Source of the DNA: Bilabrum cf. latius
Lineage: Eukaryota
DNA: 64,000 nucleotides
NCBI GenBank assembly: GCA_965178125.1
Contig: OZ237739.1
Coordinates: 186,001-250,000, forward strand
Direction: 5' to 3'
Shown here one piece after another: positions 39,326 through 50,566 of the stretch. Position 1 is the stretch's first letter, and the number at the start of each line of letters is the position of its first letter. The translations under genes were made by a program, and so were the position numbers. The notes beneath the pieces are model-generated. The model was given only the letters and a program-made list of their open reading frames with translations. It searched no databases and had not been told where the DNA came from.

Positions 39326-42256
39326 ATGGCGGAGGCCAGATCTTTCGGATTCATAAATGCACTGAAAAATAAATTGGGGTGAGGTGCATCGATCCCGGAC
39401 CAAGAAGGCAGGTCTTTGCAGATCCACATTTTACCCTGAAGCCCACCGGCCTCTTGAAATCGCTGCAGACTGGACCCGGCTCAGGAAACATGCGATTGGC
39501 TGAAGTTGCGAGAAGCTATCAAAGAGCGATCCAAAGACAAACCGTTCAAGATGATTTGCAGGGCCTACCGGGTTGCACTCGGATTGGCCTTCCCGGCGGC
39601 CCGCCGCGACGGCGAAGGTGGTGCTGCAAGTATGCCCTAGGCAGAGCGATTCAAGCTGAGCAAATTGCTACAAGTTCTGACCGTAGTTTGTGGCGATGAG
39701 ATCGGTGCATTCGAAACGCAGAAAGACGTCGGTGCGGTACTAGTTCTAGCAGGGCGTCGAGTGGATGCTTTGCGAACGGCATACGGTCTATTTGGATTCC
39801 AGGGGGCTTGTGACCAAGACACAGTCGAGGCAATCGTAGATTGCTGCCAGCCGTAGCCTGTGTTCCGGGGCAGTGGCGACGGCAGCGCCGTTTGGCGCGG
39901 AGGGAGGTGGGCAGCGCACATCACGAACACCGACGACGATCCGGCGTGCCTGGCTGCGACACTGCACGCCCGCAGGGGCCTCACAACGCAAGCAGGCAGC
40001 ATGATGGACGCAAGAGACAGCTTCGAAGCATTCCGGCAGATCTTCGAGCACAAGCTAAGCTGCAGCGACGAACAAGCAGATCTTCGGGGTGCAGCCGGCC
40101 CCTACCGCTGTTCTGGGCCCGACACCATGGTGCAGGTGCAGATCCGCATGCAGAAGAAAACAGGCGGGGCTGCATAGGGCGGCGCAAGCGACTCAAGGGC
40201 AGGTGATCGAGCAGCAGTCGACGGGCAAGCTAGTGATGCCGACTCGGAGGACCCGTTCGCCGGCTACGAGTGGGTCCCTCATGTGCCCGGTCTACAAGAG
40301 GAGCAGCTGCAGTGGGCCATCGGGCGGTTCCAGCGTGCCATTTTTGGGGCGCGTGGCGGTGGCAACGCATGGGGTGGGACCGATGCAGAGCTGAGCATCC
40401 CCAACGGGCCCGGCACGCCCATCTTCGCCATTGCTCTTGCGTTCTTCCTGTCGGACGCGCACAGCTTCCGGCTGTGCATGCAGGTGCCGATGGTGTTTCA
40501 AGGCGAGGCACTCAGGGCACTGGCTCACGGCATCAACCCCAAAGCCCTCAACCACGCGGTCTTTAGATTCGAATCGGAACACTACTAGGAGGATGACACG
40601 CCACTGGCCGGTGCCGCCAGTGCTGGCATCCCTGTTTCCTCCGGTGCCCATCGGGTCGCATTCGCCATTCGCATGGCCAATGGCGTGGGCAGTCCACCAG
40701 CTCTCTCGAATGCACGGAGCCGCCTGGACACACGCGACCTCTACGCCTACCTGCACGTCAGGGGCGACGGTGACGCGAAGAGCATCCACAGGGAGAAGGA
40801 TGGCGCTTGCAACGTGACAATCATCCACAACACCCACCAAATTCTCGGGTCCGACGAAACCCTGGCGAAGCAGGGGGTCATTGTGACGGGTGCAGACATG
40901 GTGTACCTAGAAGACCTCCGGCCCAAGGTACCGGTTTGGCAGCTGCACGGTAATTTGCAGCTCGTGCCTCTGGACTGGTACGCAAGTCCTCTCGAAGTAG
41001 ACCCGAAGCACACAGACGGCATGCGGATGCAACAAGTTCGGCTGAAGCAGATGGGTGTGCGCGTGCCGGTCCGTGATGCTAGCGGCGGTTCAGGTTCATT
41101 CGCAACCAGCGCGGTCCATCGACCGCACGTGGTCCAGAGAGAGGTAGGAGGGCAGTTTGAGGCAGAGGTGGCGGCGGCCGCGGTCCGCCTGGGTGCCCAT
41201 GTGCAGGTGCTGAGCGCGCCGCCAAACGCCGTCGGTCCGAAAGAAAGCTCGCTCGTCGCATATTCCGAGGCAGCCGCCAGGACCAGTCGTGGGCTGAAAG
41301 GGGTGCTAGAGGAGGCCATGGGACAGGGGCGTGGTTTCGACGTGCTGGAGGTACAGTTCTCGGGGGCGGGCGAGGCGCACCGATTGCGGGAAATGGGCAA
41401 GATGGCGCGAGAATCCCAGTCTAGGGCCAGAGCGAGGGGAACCCAGGGCGCACGGGCTCGGGCACAGGCAGGAGGCGGGGCACCACCGGCACAGAGTCGA
41501 GTCGAAGTCCACGATCCTGCTCACACCCGGCGGGCCCTTGCATCCGCTGGTGTGTCCCCTCCCGCGATTCCAACGCAGTTCATGGCCGTTGACGAGGACG
41601 AGGGAGAACGGCCTCGGTCCGGTGATGCACCTTCGTTCGCACCTGCACCTGCGCCTGCATCTGCACCTGCGCCTGCGCCTGCACCTGCACCTGCACCTGC
41701 ACCTGCACCTGCACCTGCACCTGCACCTGCACCTGCACCTGCACCTGCACCTGCACCTGCACCTGCACCTGCACCTGCACCTGCACCTGCACCTGCACCT
41801 GCACCTGCACCTGCACCTGCACCTGCACCTGCACCCGCACCTGCACCTGCACCCGCACCTGGTACTGGGGCTGGTGGGGAGTGGGCGGACGCAGAGAATG
41901 AGGTTGGGGATGGGTCGGGCCGGTAGCGTTGGTTCCATGGCCACCAGGGAGGAATCGCAGCCGTGTGCCCGAACTTCTTGGATAAGCTCGGCGACTTTGC
42001 AGCGAATGAGGTTTCGGGGGGCGGGGCCGGTTCGTCCAGCGATGAGGGGGAATCCCCGGGGGACGGGGAGTCTGTACCGCTTGTTCGCCGCGCTATGGAG
42101 AACCAGCCGCAAGGAGCGCCAGCCAAGGGCGCAAAACGGGCAGCAGGGGCGACCGCAGGCACCGGCAGCCTGCTGCAAGGCGCCTGCGCTCGGCTGCTGG
42201 CCGGCGGTCACTCCTTCACAATGGTAACGGTTCGCGGTGCACCCCCTCCGAAGTGA
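39326..42256 (+). CDS. Unrecognised family, tandem paralogue 1 (~946 aa); join(39326-39378,39469-42256)
   Basis: 53-nt first exon, 90-nt phase-2 GT-AG intron, then one frame with TAGs only. Core DPFAGYEWVPHVPGL...PNGPGTPIFAIALAFFLSDAHSFRLCMQVPMVFQGEALRAL. Ends TGA. Confidence 0.8.
41639..41860. repeat. (GCACCT)~37 microsatellite, encodes poly(Ala-Pro)
   Basis: Directly visible, with a few variant units at the ends. Confidence 0.97.
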
Positions 42257-42409
42257 CTGATTCACACAAATATTCAGCCCTTCTCTAGCCGTAGACAAGT
42301 CCAGCATTGCGAATCTCCGATCCGATCGGTATTTGATGCCTCAGCCAGCAGACTGGTCAACCCAGGTGGAGCACATTCTCGCGGCCCTGCAGAACCAATT
42401 CGGGCAAGC

Positions 42410-45400
42410 ATGGACAAGCGGGGCCTTGATGCATGTATGGATGAGCCACAGCTTGTAGCATCCCTGCGTACCGCGCTAGGTCAAGCATTCGGTCGGCGCG
42501 AAGCTTCAAGTAGCACTGAGGAGCTAAGGACTGCGCTTTCGGTGTTCCCAGCGAAGTACCAAGACTTCAATAGCAGTGTTAAAGAGGTAGCTCACATGGT
42601 CTTAGAGCTACGGAGCAGGTTTGGGCTTCACGGGTTCCAGGGATTGAAGTCGCCAGGCGAAGCCGAGGCGATCTTGGAATGCACATAGCCTGCTCTTGCT
42701 AATTCGACCCATCGCGGCGGCAGATGGCTTGCATACATTGACAAAACAGCACCACGATCCCGATACGTGATCACCGTTGCAATGCACTCTCGATCTCATG
42801 GGGACGATTCTGCCAGAACGGACAGCGGCGACGCCGTGCTCAAGGCTAACGCGGAGCAAGCAGCCGCCCCTAGTACCACCAGCGGCGGAACAGGGTCCTC
42901 AGTAGAGCCTGTGCAAGCTGTTCAGCCCAAGGGCGCGCCCACGGTCGCGTGGTAGCTGGATAAACCCGCTTTCGAGGCAAAGCTGGTTCCATCGGATGCG
43001 GCTGTACACGGTGGTGCAGCGACAGCGGCGACACACGATGCGGAATACCCTCGCGTGGAGCTGTTCCGTGAGCCGTTACCGCCTTTACAGGTTTCTGGCC
43101 CGCAAGGGAGCGAAACAGGCGCGCAGTGCAAGCAAGCCGGCCTAGACCTGCAAGACAAGCTGCAGGGGGGCGCGCGCGGCGTAGCGGCAGATCTCTACCG
43201 CTGTCGCCACCCCGATGGCATGGTGCACGTTCAGATCCGTCTGCGCAGAAAGGTGCAGAGAGGCGCGGCAGCCCCAGCCTCTATCGGTGCTGGTGGCGGG
43301 GCTTCCGCCGCAGATGCAGACTAGGCCGCTTCGGCGGCTGCGGAGCCCCAGGACCCGTTCGCCGGCTACGAGTGGGTCCCTCACGTGCCCGGGCTAGAAG
43401 AGGAGCAGCTGCAGTGGGCCACGGATCGGTTCAAACAGCACTTCGAGGAGAATCTCGGTGGCTTCGGGAATGCGTGGGACGGGTGTCGCAGCGATTTGAG
43501 CGTACCCAACGGGCCCGGCACGCCCATCTTCGCCATCGCACTGGCATTCTTCTTATCGGACGCGCACAGCTTCCGGCTGTGCATGCAGGTGCCGATGGTG
43601 TTTCAGGGCGAGGCACTCAGGGCGCTGGTATTGAGGAACTTCGACCTTCCTGGGGCGCTGGTGCAGCAGGCGCAAGTGCTTTAGGCGCGAGGGCGTGAGG
43701 GAGACCCCGAGCGGATTCCATTCGCGATCCGGATGCCGTCTAGCACAAGCTTGGGGCAGGAGCTCGATGCCCGCGACCTGAAGGCCTCGCTGTTCCTCGT
43801 TGGGTCCAAGCGGCTCGGTGAGGATGGAGTGGAGGTCGCCGCCGCATCACAGATCACGGTAGAGTACATCCACCCAGAGCCGGGCGAATACGGAGGCGAC
43901 GGCGAGTACTACAGAGAGTCCAAAGACCCGATCGACCTGCTCGCCAAAGGGATGGACACGCTGTGCGCAGCGGTCACCATGCAGGACATCCTCCAGCTGG
44001 CAAGCAAGGAATACCCGAACGGCATCGCAAAGTACGCGGCGAGGGCAGAGCCGCTCGATGTGCACGCCCGGTCTCCTCCCAGCAAGCCTACAGCCAGCAT
44101 GCGCATGAGGGCGGTCAGGCTGGGCGCCGGCGAGGCGCTGCGATCGCTCGGAGTACAGCCGCTGCCGGTGCCCGCAGCAACTGCAGCCGATGTCGATGCT
44201 GCAGTTCGACGGACTATGTGCGGCTCCTCGGGTGGCAAGCGGCCTGGCAAGCGCGTTGTTGTGAGCCGTGCTGCAGGACAAAGGCCTGGCGCACTGGGCC
44301 TTGCCGATGCCTCTCCAACCCCCCATGACACTCATGACAGCCTGTTGAGGGCTGCGGTCAGGCACGGCAGAGGGATCATGGAGGTCCACTATGCGGGCAA
44401 CACTGTCGGTCAGGGTACAAGGGGTGGCGGCCCGGGAGCTGCAGGGGACTCTTTAGAAGAGGGAGCCGTTGGGGCCGCGATGGCGCACAGGAGACCGTTC
44501 CGGCTGGCGCATGTCGGGGCGGGGGCGGCGCTGGGGCCATCGGCCGGTCTGGCTGGCCTGCAAGGGACATCGGTTCCTGCGGAAACAAGGCATCTGTTCG
44601 GTGGTTGTGCAGGCACGAAACGTGGGGAGCAGGTCGGGGCGGCTGAGCCGAGCGGGGGCTCCAGCGGCCCGCTTCACAGCATCCCGCATCCAATGGGAGA
44701 TGTCAGGCGCGGGGGCGGCGGCAGCGGTGGACCTGGCAGCGGAAGCAGGGGAGGAAGAGGTAGAGGAGGAGGAGGTGGACGCGGTAAACCTGGCAGCGGA
44801 AGCAGGGGAGGAAGAGGTACAGGAGGAGGTGGAGCGGCAGGTGGTGCTGCTCCAATGGAATCGGGCGAGTCGGATGGTGACGAAATGGGTGCAGGTGCAG
44901 GTGCAGGTGCAGGTGCTGGTGCTGGTGCTGGTGCTGGTGCTGGTGCTGGTGCTGGTGCTGGTGCAGGTGCAGGTGCTGGTGCTGGTGCTGGTGCTGGTGC
45001 TGGTGCTGGTGCTGGTGCAGGTGCAGGTGCTGCTGGCTGGCCTCCAGACGGTTGGGCGGCTCAGGGGCATTGGGGTGGGGTGCCACAAGGGGGGCAGGCT
45101 GCGATGGATGGCGATGATGGTGATGATGGTGATCACGATGATGGTGACCAGAAAGAACCTTCGGGCTGGGGTCGATTCTTTAGTTTGCCAGTAGTGCTGC
45201 CGACAGCATAGGGTGGTGGCAGGATGGATGACGAACCGGAGGAGGTGCCCCCCGATGCAGAAGAAGCTGCCAGGCAGCTCGCATTCGAAGAGTGGCAGGC
45301 ACGACAGGAGAGGTTGCAGGACGAACGGGAAGCGAGGGCTCGCGGGGTTCCCGTCGGCGCCGTGTTCTCTGGGAATACGTTGCCCTGGGAAGGCATTAGG

Positions 45401-45607
45401 CGGAGCATCGGGCGTGGGGGCCAAAGAGGTGGAGGTGCCCGCGCACAAGGGGGGGTCGCAGGGGGCCGCGGCTCCGGCTCGGTGCGCTTGCCAGGCCGCC
45501 GTGTTGTAGGGGCCGGGCGTGGTCTCGTCGAGTGGGCGGGACTTTCTCTCCTGGCCAGCGGCCAGCATTTCACGATCGTGACCGTGTCAGGCCCAGCCCC
45601 ACAGTAA
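42410..45607 (+). CDS. Unrecognised family, tandem paralogue 2 (~1065 aa); start uncertain
   Basis: Six ORF fragments in one frame joined by TAGs, with the same core and the same C-terminal motif. Ends TAA. Confidence 0.8.
44888..45031. repeat. (GGTGCW)24 microsatellite, encodes poly(Gly-Ala)
   Basis: Directly visible mix of GGTGCA and GGTGCT. Confidence 0.95.
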
Positions 45608-46312
45608 CGGGTGATGCTCGTCCCACTACTAGACCTCTCTAGAGGCCCCGCACTCAGATTCGGATGCATAAAGCAAAGCAGAAGAGCCACATCAATGAAA
45701 AAACCTGTGTACCGGGCCTTGGCTCTCGAGTCCGGAATCCAGAATCTAGATTCCAGAAATACAGAAATACAGAAATACATTGTTGGGTAAAGATTCCGTA
45801 AGCACCCAGATGCACCGTCACCCCCGAGGGGGTTTGGGTGATCACCTAGATCCAGAGGAGCCCTAAAACAAAGGACTACAAGACCCCCGACCCTTTCAGG
45901 CCAAGGGCCCCCCGTTCTCAGCCTATGCCGCCGAGTTCCCATTCTTCGCCATCAATGTGGTCCCCCACAGGCCCCCAGCCTGTTGCCTTCACAAGGAGAA
46001 AGCATACAGGTGCGGAGCGTGTGCCCGGCACAAGGCGCGGTCCAGTCCCACATCAGGGTCCCCGGTCGAGACCCACCATTTCCTCCTCCATGACCGTCTC
46101 TGCGTCTCACGATCCTTCAGAGAGGCGAGCATGCACGCGCTCATGCCTTTGGCCCATTGCCTCTCTATATCCTTTAGCAAGCCGTGGGGTTTGAAAATCC
46201 GTCGTTCCAGATTTTGGACGATTAGTAACGTGCCACAGTGCCATCACCATGATGCGCGATTCTGGTTTTCATGCACCGTCTAGACGATCTTTACACTTTG
46301 AGTCAAATAAGC

Positions 46313-49300
46313 ATGTCTACAGCCAGCACAAGAGCGCAAAACCGGCAGAGGATGGATAATTAGTCGTAAGTTCCCTCAATTTTGGCGTTCTTAAAGGTAT
46401 GCGTGGGCCCAGCAGGTATTTTCCAAAATGCCCATGCCGGCATCTAGCGCAGTCCGACCAAACCAACGCACTTCAAGGTCCAAGATCTATTCGAGATCAT
46501 CGATAAGACCGGATGTGCTGATAAGGACCCCATCAAAGCGGCTTGGTGCGTTGCTCTCGGAATCGCGTTCGATGTACGAAAGACGGCTAGGTACAGCGAG
46601 CTGTTGGCGGTCCTCTCCGCTCTGCACCCCCAGTCTGACAATCTGGAGGATGCTCTGGTTGAAGTGGGCCGGAAGCTGCATCAGCTTCGATCCTCACTCG
46701 GCGTGTTTGGATTCCAGGGCGTCTGCAGCCGCGCCAAGGCGAGTGCGATCCTCGAGCTGACTAGACCCCATGGCTACGGTGGCCGGTGGTTGGTGTACAT
46801 TGACCGAGACACTGCTTTGAGTAGTCGGTGTCTATCGCTGTTGGTGGACTCACGGCGGTCCGAAGGACCAAATGTCATCGCCTTTGACCCCCACCGCCTG
46901 GACCAGGAGGCCTTCGAGAAGAAGCTCAAGAACGCGCCGGCGCCCAAGCAAGACACAGGTCCCCCGAGCAAGGCAGCACCCGGCAGCAGCCAGGCTGCAA
47001 CGGCTAAGGATGCCAAGCTCGCTCACGGCGCAGCGCTGCTGGGCAAGATCGTGGGGATGCATCCGGAGAGTCCTATCCTCGCGCACATCCGCATGCGGGA
47101 GGCAACTCGGCCCAGGGCCCCGCAGGTGGTGCCGTACCAAGGAGCCGAGGATGTGCCTGCAGCCAGCGGCGCAGGGGCGAGCACGCCGGTGGGTGCATCT
47201 GCGAAGAAATCTGCCCCGGGATCACCTGGCCAGGCCGCGGGGGGAGCCGCAGCCGCGACTGCAGCCACCTCGAGTACTTCATCAACCGATGGCGATGCTG
47301 CGGACCCGTTCGCCGGCTACGAGTGGGTCCCTCACGTGCCCGGGCTACAAGAGGAGCAGCTGCAGTGGGCCGTGGACCGGTTCTAGGGTGCAATCCTTGG
47401 GCAATACGACGGCGACAACGCATGGAAGGGCACCAAGACAGGCTTGAGCGTACCCAACGGGCCCGGCACGCCCATCTTCGCCATTGCTCTTGCGTTCTTC
47501 CTGTCGGACGCGCACAGCTTCCGGCTGTGCATGCAGGTGCCGATGGTGTTTCAGGGCGAGGCACTCAGGGCGCTGGCGAAGAAAGACCCCAAGAAAGAAT
47601 TTGACATCGAGAAGGCCTTGGAACAAAAGGTGGAGGTGCTTGGGGATGGCTCCAAGTCTGTTCCATTCGCGATCCGGATGCGGACTGGAGTACACGACAA
47701 GCCATAGCTAGCCGCGCGCGACCTCAGGTCCTACCTGTTCGTGTGGTGCGAAGACTTCTCGGGCTGGAACGATGCAGCTTCGGCGTCGCTTCAGTACCTC
47801 CACCCGGAACCGAACAAGTACGACGACGCGGAATTTGTCAAGCAATCGGCGGAGGCTCTGACACTGTGGTCCAACGGGCAGCACCTGGGGGCCATGGCAA
47901 TTACCACGGCTGACCTGTTGGCATTGACCCGCAAGGACTACGTCAACGGAATCAGGAAGTACGCCGACCGCGCTGTGCCCCTGGACGTGTACAGCCAGCG
48001 AGACGACCCCGTTCCGGGCACCGAGCAGATGCTCATGCGGGCAGTCCGGCTTGGCGCCCACAAGGCCCTCCGTGATCTTGGGATCGAGCCCGAAACGTCC
48101 CAATCGGGCGAGAAGCAAGACGCTCCTGATGCAGCCTCATCGTCGGCTGCACGGCCTGCTTTCAAGGCGGCAGCAACACCGGCAGGGACAGCGGCGGGCG
48201 GCGGGGCCAAGTCAATGCCGGACAAAGGCGGTGAGACCGACCCCGAGGTGGAGCTCGGGGCGTCCTCCAGCTCTGGAGACAAGACTGTGACACAGACAGC
48301 AGGGATGGTGGGTGGCCAAGGCGACAAGGAGGTTGTTCATGTTGTGGGGGGTCGTGCCGAAGACGGTGATGGTTTGGAGCCTCAGGAAGGCTGGGAGACT
48401 GGCAGCCAGGCTGGTGCTGAGTAGGGTGGAGGCGGGGGCGAAGGCTGGCCGACTGGCGAAGGCAGCGGAGGCCCTGGCTCTGGCTCTGGCTCTGGCTCTG
48501 GCTCTAGCTCTGGCTCAAGGTCTGGCTCTGGCTCCGGTCAGAGGCGGGCCGGTGACCCACAGGGTGAGCCGACTCCGAGTCTGAGTCTGAGTCCCAGTGA
48601 TATGCATGCCCTTGCCATGCGACTCGGAGCAGATGTTGACCTGACGGAGGCGCCTGCGTCTGATCCATTGACTCAGCTGCAGGCGCAGGGTGCTGGACCA
48701 GGCACTGTCATCCACGGAGACCCAGTTGGTACAGCGATCGTGCAGGCCACTGTGCTCGGCAGGGCACTGACAGTGTTGGACTTCGGAGCTTCCTAGGGCA
48801 CTGCTGGTCCGGTGCGAGCAGCTCCAGGCGATGTCTCTGGTGATGGTGGCGTCGGTGCTTTTCCAGAACTGCCTTCCTTTCCTGCAGAGGGCAGGGGGGC
48901 TGCTCCCGTGCCCGGCGAAAATCGAGCGGGTGATGGCACTGGGGGCGGCACACCTGGAAGGACAGATGGGGCAGGTGCGGCAGGTGGGCAAGGAGGTATA
49001 GCAAGAGACGAAGGATACAGATTACGTGACAACGAGGAACGGGAATTGCGCTTCGGCGATCGCATCGCTGACCCCGGCGTCAATGTGCCTGATGACGCCG
49101 TAGGCATTTGGGCGGATGCCGCGGAGCTAATGGCAGGGGTGGGGCGCGGCGAACCAATGCCCCGCCACAGGTGGGAACTGTTGCCTGACTATGCACCCGG
49201 TCAATAGCAGGGTCCCGACGTGGACGCCGATAGCGTGGGTCCGATCGACCGGGCCCAGTTTGAATCGTTCTTCGAGTAGGAGCAGCGGAACCGGGGGGAT

Positions 49301-49576
49301 GCACACAGTGACGATGGCTCTGGTGGCGCTGCGTCGGGTGCCCGGGGCAGGGTGAGGAGGGATGGGGTTGGGCCAGGATAGACGAGGCCGGGCACGGCGG
49401 GGGCATCACTGGGAAGGCTGCCTGCTGTGCCCCCTGCTGCTGATGGTGCCATTGCTGCTCGAGGGGGTGCGACTGGGTCGCGGACCAGGGGGGTAGCGGC
49501 GTGGGCGGCTTTGCTGCAGGTGCGGGCTGGCAGGCCGTGCACGTTTGTGTCCGTGAAGGGCGCGAGGCCCCGGTGA
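46313..49576 (+). CDS. Unrecognised family, tandem paralogue 3 (~1058 aa); join(46313-46365,46453-49576)
   Basis: 53-nt first exon and 87-nt phase-2 GTAAGT...CGCAG intron, the same layout as paralogue 1. One frame with TAGs only. Ends TGA. Confidence 0.8.
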
Positions 49577-49740
49577 CCGGGCTAAGAAGTGGTAACGCCC
49601 AATCATGATGGCAGCCTGATCGCATCTGGCAGTAGCAGACCGGAAGCACGCGGCTCTGTCTCAATGAAAAAACCGCTCACAGAGCCTCAGCATCAACATT
49701 TATTCCCCCATCCAAGACAATTGTAAAACTGTTACAGGCA

Positions 49741-50388
49741 ATGGAGTACATTAAGAAGCAGCTTGAGCCTCTCAAAGTGGACCGATCAAAGTACGACGAT
49801 GATGCTGAAATGCCGGAGTATCCATACCTCGAGGTGGTGCGGCACGTTAGCTTTCGCAGTGAGATGGCAATTGCAAATCATCTTCAATGATAAATTCATT
49901 CCAAATTGTTTCAAGCCGCGCAGTTTCATGTCCCTCTCCAGTGATACGCAGCGGCACAAGTTGGGGCGGTCGTCGGCTTGACTTTGGCACCACTCGTGTC
50001 CCGGCTCCGAGGCAACAGGCTGTCGTTGCGGTGGGGCTCAATGCTTGGGACAGTTGGGGGTGCATTGGCAGGGGTGGCTTGGGCGGCCGGGCGCATGAGA
50101 CAGTTGGAGGTGGACGAGGTAGACGACAGAGCGTATCGAATCGTTCATAACAAGGGTCAGGTGCGCCTGGATGAGCTATCTGGCATGGGAGCAGCAGCTG
50201 GATTCTTCGGCGGCCTAATTTTTATGCGTATGCCGATCGTGGGTGCGTGCGTGGGCCTCGCAAGCGGGCCGGTGCTGCTCGCAGCAGAAAAGGCGGGCGT
50301 GGAGTTTCCCGCGCTGCCGGATAGCGCTGCTAAGGCAAAGGCGGAGGCTAAATAGATTGCTCGTGAATTTTCGGAAGGGAGACAGTGA
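49741..50388 (+). CDS. DUF1757-like small membrane protein; join(49741-49858,49952-50388)
   Basis: EMPEYPYLEVVRHVSFRTAQVGAVVG...DDRAYRIVHNKGQVRLD resembles DUF1757. 93-nt phase-1 intron. TAG 50353 is read through to TGA. Confidence 0.65.
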
Positions 50389-50566
50389 ACTTGCATCGGA
50401 TCCATGATGATGTCCCCGTCTTGCGACCAACCGCTGGCGTACGGATCGGTCCGTTGCTCCAAAATCTCGCCCACTGTGATTCTTTGGCAGCCTGTTCTTG
50501 GTCACTGACCCGTGCGCAAGCACAAGTGAAATTGAATCCGCCTAATAAAAACAAAACTCAAAGCGA

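Noticed and set aside
42254-42256. Selenocysteine at the TGA between paralogues 1 and 2
   Set aside because: It coincides with the stop position of the other two paralogues, and I cannot identify a SECIS element or a redox motif.
45608-46312. Possible transposon remnant ((CAGAAATA)3, short palindrome GAATCTAGATTC)
   Set aside because: No terminal inverted repeats, target-site duplication or transposase-like coding could be established.
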